Shown here one piece after another: positions 55,947-64,000 of a stretch of 64,000 nt of DNA. A program made the position numbers and the translations under genes. The DNA comes from Candidatus Tayloriibacteriota bacterium (GTDB lineage Bacteria; Patescibacteriota; Minisyncoccia; Phycocordibacterales; UBA6065), in contig JACRJQ010000007.1 of assembly GCA_016215405.1 (NCBI GenBank), forward strand, positions 143 through 64,142, read 5' to 3'. A model generated the notes under the pieces. The model saw only the letters and a program-made list of their open reading frames with translations. It searched no databases and was not told where the DNA came from. Numbering within the stretch: position 1 is the stretch's first letter; every line of letters begins with the position of its first letter.

Positions 55947-58385
55947 ATGAGAAACAAAAACGCTTTCGCCGCGGCCATCTTCATCCTCGGGCTCATAAGC
56001 CTCTTGCAAGGCGGCAGCTCGAGGGCCCAGACGACTCAGTGCGACTGGAGCCTCCAATACCTCAAGACGTCGACGAGCGCGTGCATGCCGCGATCGTATT
56101 GCTTCGACCTCCTCAACCCGGAATACAAGACCAAAGAATGCGAGGGGGTGCGAGGGCTCCTCAATACCGTCTACACGACGCTTTCGACCTCGGGCACGAG
56201 CGGATCGACAGAGGCTACGTACACGGCGCCGACGACAAGCTCGGAATCGGGCGCGACCTCCGGCACGACCTATTCCGGAACAACGGCCATACAGACGGAG
56301 ACGGCCTATACGGTCGAGCTTCGGGCGAGCGGGGCGGAATGCGGCAGCGGCGCGATAAAGCTCTCGTGGTCGTCTCCCCTCGGCTCTGACGGATACAAGG
56401 TGCTGCGTGACGGGACCGAGATATACTCTGGCGCGCAGACGGAACTCGTCGACAAAGGGCTAAGCCCGGGCAAGCGATACTCATACGCGGTCTATTCACG
56501 AAAAGGAGATCGAGCATCCTCTGCATCGCAAGCAGCAGAGGCCCCCGGCCCCTGCCCTTCCACGGCATCGACCGTAGAGACCTCGCTCCAGACTACGGTC
56601 CAGACGGCCACAAGCGCCATCGCTTCGACCACGGATCAGACGAGGACCTGCGATTGGTCGAAGGAATACCTGAGGAGCTCGACTGGATCCTGCTCTCCCC
56701 GCGCGTATTGCTTCGAGCCTTCATGGGCCGAATACGGTTCAGGAGAATGCCAAGCGATACGACTTGCGTCGGGGTATTCGGCGTCGGATAGGATCGGAGA
56801 GCTACGAGAGCTAAAGGCGGCGCCGCAAAGCTGCGGAAGCGATGCGATATTCCTTTCGTGGCAACCGTCGGAAGGAGCTCTCGGCTACAAGGCATACAGG
56901 GACGGCACGATAATCTACGAAGGAAGGAACTCGTGGATCTACAGTACCGGACTCGAGCCCGGAAAGTCGTATTCCTACTCGGTCGTCGCGTTCAACGCTT
57001 CGAGAGAAAGCGTCAAAGCGAGCGCGAGCGCGAAGGCTCCAGAGAGATGCGCCGCCGACCTCCCTTCCGCCGATCCGTCTCCTGAAAAGGCGAAGCGATC
57101 GCCCGCGCCTGAAACGAAGGCCGCGCCCACGGCGGTAACCGCGACGGCGACTCCGTCCGCTCCAAAGACGCTCTCTTCCACGACGCCCGTCGCGCAGACG
57201 AGGCAGTGCGACTGGCAGAACGAATACCTTAAACAGGAAGGAAAGGTCTGCGCTCCCCGCTCCCTCTGCCTCGACGAAGGGTCGTCCGAATACGGGTCGC
57301 GCGAATGCGCAAGCGTCCGCGCGAGCTTCGACGCGAAGACGGCGGCGATAAAGCGCGAAGACAAAAAGCTCGAAGAGGCCTCGCAGAAGACGCACGAGAT
57401 CGCATCGAACATAGAGGCGACGAGGGTTTTGGCAGAAGAGGCGAAGAAGAGCCTCTTGAGCGCCATAGAGAAGAGCGTAGGAGGCGCGACGACATCGCCC
57501 GAAAGCGTCGACCCTAAGAAAAAAGAGGCTCTGGAGGACCTCAAGGAAAGGCTGGTCGAGAAGGTCGAAGCCCGCCTCTCGTCGACGGCTCTCTCGCCTG
57601 ACGGCATCGAGTCCCTCGCGAAAGAGATAGACGACGGATTCAGGGAGATCGACGGCTCGTCCACCCGCTCCGACGATATCGCGCGGGCATTCCTAGAATT
57701 CGATTCGAAGATAAGCCTGCAGCGAGAAGAGCTCGTCAAAAACGGCGGCGACCTCCTCTACAAGGACTCCAACGCCGACGGCATATCGGACTACGACGCC
57801 ATCCACCTCTATGGCATGGATCCGGAGAAGCCCGCGCCCGTAAGCGAGCTCGACGAGAAGAGGCTCGCCCCAGCCGAGAAGATACTCCTCGGATACGATC
57901 CTGCCCGAGAGGACCTCGTGAAGATACAATACGAAGAGCCGAAAGAGTCGTTCGCCCCGATAGTGGAGACATACAAGGTCGAGGAGGTCTCCCTCGCCGA
58001 AGGGGACAAGGTCGTGCTCAAAGGCAGGGCCCTCCCGAACACGTTCGTCACTCTCTATATCTATAGCACCCCTATCGTCGTAGTGGTCAAAGCCGACGAA
58101 TACGGCGAATGGGAATACACCCTCGACAAAGAGCTCGAGACCGGAGAGCACACCGTATATACCGCGTCGGTGAACAACAGCGGAAAGATCGTCGCCCGCG
58201 GGTCGGCCGTTCCGTTCATAAAGACCGCCGAAGCAGCGACGCTCGATATCTCTTCTTACCGCCCCGCAACCGATCTCAAACCAGGGCTCATAAACGCCCG
58301 CGACATGGGCGCGATAGCCGTCGCCCTCCTCGGCATAGTGCTCATATCGATAAACCTCATAGGCATGGCGCGAAAGAAAGAGTAG
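55947..58385 (+). CDS. secreted, C-terminally anchored repeat protein (3 Cys4 modules plus 2 FN3-like domains)
   Basis: It has a signal peptide and three QCDW…EYL…C.PRSYCF…EY…EC..VR modules. It also has two FN3-like domains, a coiled-coil stretch and a C-terminal TM with a KKE tail. It starts 4 nt after the HK stop. Confidence 0.8.
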   Translation: MRNKNAFAAAIFILGLISLLQGGSSRAQTTQCDWSLQYLKTSTSACMPRSYCFDLLNPEYKTKECEGVRGLLNTVYTTLSTSGTSGSTEATYTAPTTSSESGATSGTTYSGTTAIQTETAYTVELRASGAECGSGAIKLSWSSPLGSDGYKVLRDGTEIYSGAQTELVDKGLSPGKRYSYAVYSRKGDRASSASQAAEAPGPCPSTASTVETSLQTTVQTATSAIASTTDQTRTCDWSKEYLRSSTGSCSPRAYCFEPSWAEYGSGECQAIRLASGYSASDRIGELRELKAAPQSCGSDAIFLSWQPSEGALGYKAYRDGTIIYEGRNSWIYSTGLEPGKSYSYSVVAFNASRESVKASASAKAPERCAADLPSADPSPEKAKRSPAPETKAAPTAVTATATPSAPKTLSSTTPVAQTRQCDWQNEYLKQEGKVCAPRSLCLDEGSSEYGSRECASVRASFDAKTAAIKREDKKLEEASQKTHEIASNIEATRVLAEEAKKSLLSAIEKSVGGATTSPESVDPKKKEALEDLKERLVEKVEARLSSTALSPDGIESLAKEIDDGFREIDGSSTRSDDIARAFLEFDSKISLQREELVKNGGDLLYKDSNADGISDYDAIHLYGMDPEKPAPVSELDEKRLAPAEKILLGYDPAREDLVKIQYEEPKESFAPIVETYKVEEVSLAEGDKVVLKGRALPNTFVTLYIYSTPIVVVVKADEYGEWEYTLDKELETGEHTVYTASVNNSGKIVARGSAVPFIKTAEAATLDISSYRPATDLKPGLINARDMGAIAVALLGIVLISINLIGMARKKE

Positions 58386-58430
58386 CGAAGCAAAAGCCGC
58401 GCACGGAAGTGCGCGGCTTTTGCTTCGCTC

Positions 58431-58832
58431 TTAGGCCCAAGAAGCGAGCACCGCGCCGGCGATAAGGAGATAGACGAGCCAGTAGCCGGTATTGATAAAG
58501 AAGAGAGACCAAGGCTTCCCTTCCCAGCCTGAAAGATTGAGATACGCGGGAACGATGAATCCTATCCAGCCGAAAAATCCGGCGAGCATGCCTGTCATGA
58601 CGCCCGCTTGAGCGATGCCTGCGGAGAGGACGACGCTCATGAGGGCGCCGCCTATAAGCGAGAGAACGATAGGTTTAAGCATCGTCCTAAACGGCGGCTT
58701 CTCCTCCGGGACCGCCAATCCGGAGAGCACGGCCCACTTCTTGCCGAAAAGCGGCCCGTACCATAAAAATCCCAGGAAAATGGAGGCTATCGAAACGACC
58801 AGGACCGCCCAGAGATTGACATCGACTTGCAT
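58431..58832 (-). CDS. DUF1761 family membrane protein
   Basis: The 133-aa product has 4 TM segments. Confidence 0.6.
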   Translation of the reverse strand: MQVDVNLWAVLVVSIASIFLGFLWYGPLFGKKWAVLSGLAVPEEKPPFRTMLKPIVLSLIGGALMSVVLSAGIAQAGVMTGMLAGFFGWIGFIVPAYLNLSGWEGKPWSLFFINTGYWLVYLLIAGAVLASWA

Positions 58833-58972
58833 ATATTCGCGTTAACTATTTATAACCCTTGCATTATATACGCACCATAGACGGCGTTTCTCCCCGTCGC
58901 CGCTAGAAACAAGGCGCCGAGCGCAGACGTACACCTTATAAGCACCAACGGCGCAGGCCTTTCCTTATTTCA

Positions 58973-60793
58973 ATGATTAACGAAAACATGAAACAAATAG
59001 TACGCAAATCCATCTCGGCAGCGGTCCTTCTCGCCCTCATCGCGGCGCCGCTCTTCGAGCCCTACCCTACGGAAGCGGCGGTCTCGGGCTGGCAGAAAGG
59101 CGTGTCGATAGCATCGAGATGGAATACGGATTTTTCGAGCGATTCGTTCAAAGAGTCGGTCCGCAACGCGAAAGCGATGGGGGTCACGCACGTGACGCTC
59201 GTCATCCCCTACATGCAAGACACGTATCAATCGTCGAATATATACCGAGTAGCGAGCACGCCGTCCGACGAGACCCTCGGCGCGGCGATAGATTACATAC
59301 ACGGACAGGGCATGAAAGCGGTGCTCAAGCCGCACCTCGAGGTCGCGAATTCCGGATGGCGCGCCCTCATCGAGGCGTCGGACCGAGACGCCTGGTATAG
59401 GAGCTACGGCGATATGCTCAATCGCCTCGCCGACGTCGCGAAGAGCCGAGGCGCCGATATGATCGTCATAGGGACCGAGCTTATCGGCATGGCGTCCCCT
59501 TACGTCCATCCGAACAACACCGATCGATGGAAGGCGATGATAGCGGCGGTGCGCTCCCGCTATTCCGGCCCTCTCACCTATAGCGCGAACTGGGGTCGGG
59601 GCATAAACCACACGAACGAGTTCGAGCAGATCGGATTCTGGCCCGAGCTCGACTACATAGGCGTATCGGCCTACTTCGACCTCAACCAAGACTGGAACAA
59701 CAATTCCGTAGAGTCGTTCAAGTCCGCATGGCAGACGATCGACCAGAACCAGATACAGCCGCTGCAGGCGAAATACGGAAAGGCGGTGCTCTTCAGCGAG
59801 ATAGGATACAAATCGACGGACGGCGCGCATACCCAGCCGTGGGAATACAACCTTAACGGCAACTACAACTCCCAGGAGCAGGTCAATCTCTATCAAGCGC
59901 TCTTCGAATACTGGAACAATCGCTCGTACCTCGCGGGGATATCGATCTGGCAATGGTCAAGCGACCCGAACTACGGCGGTCAGGGAAACACGGACTACAC
60001 CCCGCGCAACAAGCCGGCCGAAGCGACGATCAAGTCCTGGTTCGGAGGCTCGAACCCGACTCCGACCCCTGATCCGGATCCTACCCCTACCCCTACCCCG
60101 ACGCCCGCCCCCACCGGAAGCTGGAGCTCGTCAGGGTCTCTCTCCGGCAGCGCTACCGTAGGGTCTTCCGCGACCCTCGCCGCGACCGTGAACCTCTCCG
60201 GAGAAGCCCAAAACGTGATCGCCGACGTCGAGATATACGACTCCTCGAATTCCAAGATATTCCAGAAGTTCTTCGAGCGTCAGAACATATCCCAATCTGC
60301 GCCCGGAAGCTACAGCGTGACGTGGACCCCGCCCGCGGCCGGCGCATACACCCTAAAGATCGGAACGTTCTCCAACGACTGGAGCGCGAACCACCACTGG
60401 AACGACAGGGCCCTCGCGTTCTCTGCGACAAATCCGGGAGAGACGCCGCCCCCGACATCGACGACCACGCCTAACCCGACCCCTCAGCCTACGGCCTACA
60501 AGACCGATATATGGTGGCCGACGAACGGAGCGTCCGTAGGAGGCACCCAGCCCTTCAAGGCGATGCTCCAGAACAAGGGCGTCTCAGAATACAGGATGTA
60601 CTGGCAGGTAGACGGCCGCGAGCTCGTCGAGATGTGGAACAGCGACGTCGACTACCCTCACAAGGAATTCCACGTAGACCTCTCGGGCTGGAATTGGAAC
60701 TCCAACAACCGATACATCGTGAACTTCGTCTCCAAAGACCTCTCGGGCAACACTATCTCCGAAGGAGCGGCGGCGATCTACGTCGCGAGATAG
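58973..60793 (+). CDS. secreted multidomain glycoside hydrolase
   Basis: It has a signal peptide, a TIM-barrel-like N-terminal domain (…GVTHVTLVIPYMQ…SEIGYKS…, clan GH-A-like) and two Pro/Thr linkers. It also has a beta-sandwich-like middle domain and the shared C-terminal domain. Confidence 0.75.
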   Translation: MINENMKQIVRKSISAAVLLALIAAPLFEPYPTEAAVSGWQKGVSIASRWNTDFSSDSFKESVRNAKAMGVTHVTLVIPYMQDTYQSSNIYRVASTPSDETLGAAIDYIHGQGMKAVLKPHLEVANSGWRALIEASDRDAWYRSYGDMLNRLADVAKSRGADMIVIGTELIGMASPYVHPNNTDRWKAMIAAVRSRYSGPLTYSANWGRGINHTNEFEQIGFWPELDYIGVSAYFDLNQDWNNNSVESFKSAWQTIDQNQIQPLQAKYGKAVLFSEIGYKSTDGAHTQPWEYNLNGNYNSQEQVNLYQALFEYWNNRSYLAGISIWQWSSDPNYGGQGNTDYTPRNKPAEATIKSWFGGSNPTPTPDPDPTPTPTPTPAPTGSWSSSGSLSGSATVGSSATLAATVNLSGEAQNVIADVEIYDSSNSKIFQKFFERQNISQSAPGSYSVTWTPPAAGAYTLKIGTFSNDWSANHHWNDRALAFSATNPGETPPPTSTTTPNPTPQPTAYKTDIWWPTNGASVGGTQPFKAMLQNKGVSEYRMYWQVDGRELVEMWNSDVDYPHKEFHVDLSGWNWNSNNRYIVNFVSKDLSGNTISEGAAAIYVAR

Positions 60794-60877
60794 AATCCAC
60801 AGGCGTCGTTTGACCTTCTCGCCAGCGGGTATACGATAGAACCCAAGACACCTTCCACCTCCGACCCCGAAACGCCT

Positions 60878-61194
60878 ATGTGCCTTATCATCCGAGACCA
60901 GCTGGTCAGCCCTCCGACCTGGTTCGCCTCGTTCAGAGACCTCACGCTCTACTGCAACGTGTTCTTGGGCGCCGAGATCGTCATCGAATCAGAAGACCCG
61001 GACCCATTTTGGAGATGGATCCGGCAGAGGGGGGCATGGATTTCGTCGAAGACTTCGTAAGGCCAGGAAGCCAAGACGGAGTCCGCCTCGACATCGAAGC
61101 CAACTATCCGCGCACGATAATCACGGATAGGATAGCCCCCGAGAACGTCCACAGGCTCATCGCGCAGATCAGATTCTGCAGCGGCTTGAGCTGA
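60878..61194 (+). pseudogene. frameshifted ~105-aa ORF continuing the hydrolase frame downstream of its TAG
   Basis: Both halves carry host codon usage. The frame switches at a G6 tract (61029-61034). A terminator follows at 61203-61240. Confidence 0.35.
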
Positions 61195-61202
61195 GAGCAA
61201 CA

Positions 61203-61240
61203 AGGCGCGGTCGCGAGATCGCGCCTTTCGTTTTGAGACA
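61203..61240 (+). terminator. intrinsic terminator
   Basis: aaggcgcg…cgcgcctt is followed by UCGUUUUG. Confidence 0.5.
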
Positions 61241-61301
61241 CATTTGTTTTCTCCGGCACGTACTACCTACGACCGATTAGGAAGATTCACGAACAAAACG
61301 A

Positions 61302-61850
61302 ATGAACACGAGAAAAGACGGCGAGACGAGGACGATCGGGGTCACTTTCTCCGCGTTCGACCTCTGCCATGCGGGCCATATGAGGATGCTTAAGGACGCC
61401 AAAAGCAGGTGCGACTATCTCATCGTCGGCCTCCAGGACGATCCTGCGCAAGAGAGCGACGAGGGGTATCGCCTCCGGACAGGCGGCAAATCGAAGAACA
61501 GGCCGATCATGTCCCTCGACGAGCGCATGGAGATAATCAAAGGCATACGGTATGTAGACGAAGTGTTCGTCTATTCAACCGAGGACGACCTCTATGACTG
61601 GCTCAAGAGCAACAGATACGATGTCCGCATCCTCGGCTCGGACTGGGAGGGCAAGCCGTATACGGGACACGACCTTCCTCACATGCCCTACTTCCATCGG
61701 AGAGACCACGGCTACTCGACCTCGGAGCTGCGCGAGAGGATCTATAGGGCGGAAAAGGAAAGGCTCGAAGCCCTCCAGGCCAAGGCAGGAGAAGAGGCGC
61801 CGAAAGAGAGGCGCGGAAGCGCAGGGCCGTTCGTCGCCAAAGCGGCCTGA
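61302..61850 (+). CDS. cytidylyltransferase-like nucleotidyltransferase (TagD/RfaE domain II type)
   Basis: It has the HxGH motif FDLCHAGH near the N-terminus. Confidence 0.75.
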   Translation: MNTRKDGETRTIGVTFSAFDLCHAGHMRMLKDAKSRCDYLIVGLQDDPAQESDEGYRLRTGGKSKNRPIMSLDERMEIIKGIRYVDEVFVYSTEDDLYDWLKSNRYDVRILGSDWEGKPYTGHDLPHMPYFHRRDHGYSTSELRERIYRAEKERLEALQAKAGEEAPKERRGSAGPFVAKAA

Positions 61851-61875
61851 CCCGCCATTCCGCCGAAAATACATG

Positions 61876-61912
61876 AGCAGGCAGACGTCAAGTCTACCTG
61901 CTTTTATATGGC
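61876..61912 (+). terminator. intrinsic terminator
   Basis: gcaggcagac…gtctacctgc is followed by UUUUAU. Confidence 0.45.
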
Positions 61913-62028
61913 TCAACGAGGCCGCTGTGCAGATTAACTTGCCTTCCATACCCCTTCATGTATACTCGCCGCGCTCCTGAACGTCCGACCTGACCGAAAT
62001 TCCGTTAGCACTCCTTAAAGCACTACTC

Positions 62029-63771
62029 ATGATCATTTTGAGAAGGCCCCACGGCCTTTCGGATATGTCCTTATTAGCGTTACTCATCCTCTTCGGCGCC
62101 TTCTTCGCGGGAATCCCTGCGAATGTCCGCGCAGCAGAGGCTGTGGAGGTCTGGTGGCCGGCGCAGAACGCGTCCGTGCAGGGAACCCAGCCCTTCAAGG
62201 CGATAGTATCGGGCAAGGCCCTTAGCGACTACCAGATGTCCTGGTCTGTCGACGGAGGCTCCCCGGTGAAGATGTATGACAGCAATGTCGACTACCCTCA
62301 CAAAGAGGCCCTGGTCGACGTATCGAATTGGAAATGGAACTCGAACGGAACGTATAGCGTCTCTTTTATCGCCCGAGACGGATCGGGCGCCGAGATAGCG
62401 CGAAGCGTCGTATCGATCAAGAACTCCGGACAGGCGGCCGCTCCGGCTCCCGCGACCTCTCCTCAGGCCGTGACCCTCACAAACCCTACTGCTCCTGCTC
62501 TGACCGCCCCGACCACGGGCGCGACGAAGACAGTAACCGCAAGGCTTGCAAAGGTCACCTCTCCCCTCGTCGGCGCGCGCGTCTCTGGCGCGCAGGCCCT
62601 CAAGGCTGTGGTCATAGGCTTGCCGCTCGAAGGCTACAAGATGTATTGGTCCGTCGACGGAGGCGCTCAGAACGAGATGTATGACTCTTCCGTAGGCGGC
62701 CTTCATAAGGAATCGATGATCGATTTCTCGAAATGGACCTGGAAAGGGAGCTCTCCCTACCCTATAACCGTCGTCGCGAAGAACGCGGACGGCGCGGAGA
62801 TCGCGAGAACGTCGACCCTCGTGTACGTCGTAGCGACGCCGGCGGCGCAAACGTCCGCGACGACCGCGGATACGGCCCCGGTAGCGCAGGTCATCTCCCC
62901 TGAGGCGAACGTACAGCCCAAACTCTACGTCGACCCTAACAACCCTGCGATCGCCCAAGCGAGCGCGTGGAGGCAGTCGCGTCCGAGCGACGCGGCGATC
63001 ATGGATAAGGTCGGGGCGAACTCGTCGGGCATATGGCTCGGCGGATGGAACGCCGACGTCGAATCAGACGTGCGAAAAGCGGTGACGGCGGCTTCGACCC
63101 AAGACGCGGCGGCGGTATTCGTCGCCTACAATATCCCCGGGCGAGACTGCGGACAATATTCTGCGGGCGGGCTTTCGGGAAAGGAGGCCTACCTCTCGTG
63201 GATAGGAAAGATCAAGGCCGGGATAGGTAGCGGGAAAGCTATCGTGATCCTCGAACCTGACGCTCTTACCTTAAACGACTGTCTCTCGGAGACCGGCAAA
63301 GCGGAGCGCTACGGCACACTCTCATCGGCGATAGACTCCCTCTCGGCGAATCCAGGGACCAAAGTCTATATAGACGCGGGCCATCCGCAATGGCTCTCCT
63401 CGACGGAAGCGGCGAGCCGCCTCGAAAAGGCGGGCGTCTCTAAGGCCGCAGGGTTCGCCCTCAACACGTCGAACTTCATAGCGACGGCCCAGAACATCGC
63501 CTACGGGACCGAGGTCTCCAAAGCGGTCGACGGCAAGCGCTTCGTCATCGACACGTCCCGAAACGGGAACGGCCAGGGAGAGACCTGGTGCAACCCTTCG
63601 GGCAGAGCGCTCGGAGAGAAGCCCGGCCTTTCGACCGGAAACCCTCTCGTCGACGCGTATCTCTGGGTGAAAAAGCCCGGAGAGTCGGACGGGAGCTGTA
63701 ACGGCGGCCCGTCCGCCGGATCGTGGTGGCCGGAATACGCGCTCGATCTCGCGAAGCGCGCAAGCTACTAG
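62029..63771 (+). CDS. secreted GH6 glycoside hydrolase with two N-terminal copies of the shared ~95-aa domain
   Basis: The C-terminal domain has GH6 signatures (…YNIPGRDCG…, …WVKKPGESDGSC…). It also has a signal peptide and an Ala/Pro/Thr linker. Confidence 0.85.
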   Translation: MIILRRPHGLSDMSLLALLILFGAFFAGIPANVRAAEAVEVWWPAQNASVQGTQPFKAIVSGKALSDYQMSWSVDGGSPVKMYDSNVDYPHKEALVDVSNWKWNSNGTYSVSFIARDGSGAEIARSVVSIKNSGQAAAPAPATSPQAVTLTNPTAPALTAPTTGATKTVTARLAKVTSPLVGARVSGAQALKAVVIGLPLEGYKMYWSVDGGAQNEMYDSSVGGLHKESMIDFSKWTWKGSSPYPITVVAKNADGAEIARTSTLVYVVATPAAQTSATTADTAPVAQVISPEANVQPKLYVDPNNPAIAQASAWRQSRPSDAAIMDKVGANSSGIWLGGWNADVESDVRKAVTAASTQDAAAVFVAYNIPGRDCGQYSAGGLSGKEAYLSWIGKIKAGIGSGKAIVILEPDALTLNDCLSETGKAERYGTLSSAIDSLSANPGTKVYIDAGHPQWLSSTEAASRLEKAGVSKAAGFALNTSNFIATAQNIAYGTEVSKAVDGKRFVIDTSRNGNGQGETWCNPSGRALGEKPGLSTGNPLVDAYLWVKKPGESDGSCNGGPSAGSWWPEYALDLAKRASY

Positions 63772-63804
63772 TCCCCTCTCTTATTCCCCTACAAAGGCTT
63801 GCAG

Positions 63805-63853
63805 CACAAGCAAAGCAAAGGCGCCCCTTGCGGGCGCCTTTGCTTTGCTTGTG
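63805..63853. terminator. 22-bp perfect inverted repeat (bidirectional terminator between convergent genes)
   Basis: The sequence is cacaagcaaagcaaaggcgccc cttgc gggcgcctttgctttgcttgtg. Confidence 0.55.
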
Positions 63854-63865
63854 GAGCCCGGCCGC

Positions 63866-64000
63866 TAGGACGCCTTCTCTCCGCTCCTCGACTTGAGCTC
63901 GGCCATCTCTTTCTTTAGCTCCATCATCTTGAGCTCTCGATTGACCATGAGCTTGTTGAGCTTTTCAACTTCATCGAGCCGCTTCTGCAGCTCGTCGTCG
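63866..64000 (-). CDS. 3-prime end of an unidentified gene running off the window
   Basis: The minus frame is open to the window edge: …DDELQKRLDEVEKLNKLMVNRELKMMELKKEMAELKSRSGEKAS*. Confidence 0.3.

Noticed and set aside
60880-61194. Treating the 104-aa ORF at 60880 as an intact gene
   Set aside because: Its N-terminal half has poor codon usage. The coding signal clearly lies in the frame of 60878 up to the G6 tract and only then in this frame, so it is interpreted as a frameshifted unit.
61996-62028. CIRCE-like TTAGCACTC just upstream of the GH6 start
   Set aside because: Only one half-site is present. The downstream copy (AAGCACTAC) is a direct repeat rather than an inverted one. No CIRCE was found at groESL either.

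Overview
This 64 kb window is GC-rich, densely coded bacterial chromosome with strongly GC3-biased codons. It probably comes from an uncultivated lineage. Two features weakly suggest Patescibacteria/CPR-like biology but do not prove it: many large secreted or anchored surface proteins, and an archaeal-type PurO. Most of the window is housekeeping or envelope functions. Named genes include a pdxH fragment, LemA, a CDP-alcohol phosphatidyltransferase, groES-groEL and secG. There is also RNase J with an RG-rich N-terminal extension, a DEAD-box helicase with an RGG tail, a Pif1-like helicase and an ABC-F ATPase. Further calls are LexA plus a group-3 sigma factor, truB, a DsbB/thioredoxin pair, and a histidine kinase co-transcribed with an 812-aa Cys-repeat surface protein. 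The window also holds a 1210-aa surface protein, two secreted glycoside hydrolases (one GH6), a tRNA-Gln, and several intrinsic terminators and promoters. The standout region is an AT-rich, evidently horizontally acquired island of about 4.1 kb at 37.5-41.65 kb. It encodes a DpnII-like GATC-type restriction-modification module plus a GmrSD-family type IV enzyme. The module has a Dam-like alpha-class MTase, a DpnA/M.MboIC-like beta-class MTase and a small PD-(D/E)xK nuclease, but no canonical R.DpnII/MboI. The GmrSD-family DUF262-DUF1524 enzyme is co-oriented with the beta-class MTase. That composition does not match the textbook DpnII cassette. Other notable signals are listed in the findings. 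A 28-bp palindrome recurs three times around an ArsR-family regulator. A LexA box sits between a divergent lexA operon and the sigma factor gene. The tRNA-Gln 3-prime end is duplicated 215 bp away, like an integration scar. There is an aminotransferase pseudogene remnant. The reading frame after one glycoside hydrolase stays open past its TAG stop and then frameshifts at a G6 tract. A novel ~95-aa domain is shared four times between the two hydrolases. Long homopolymeric G/C tracts occur in promoter regions. No CRISPR array, integrase or transposase was seen.
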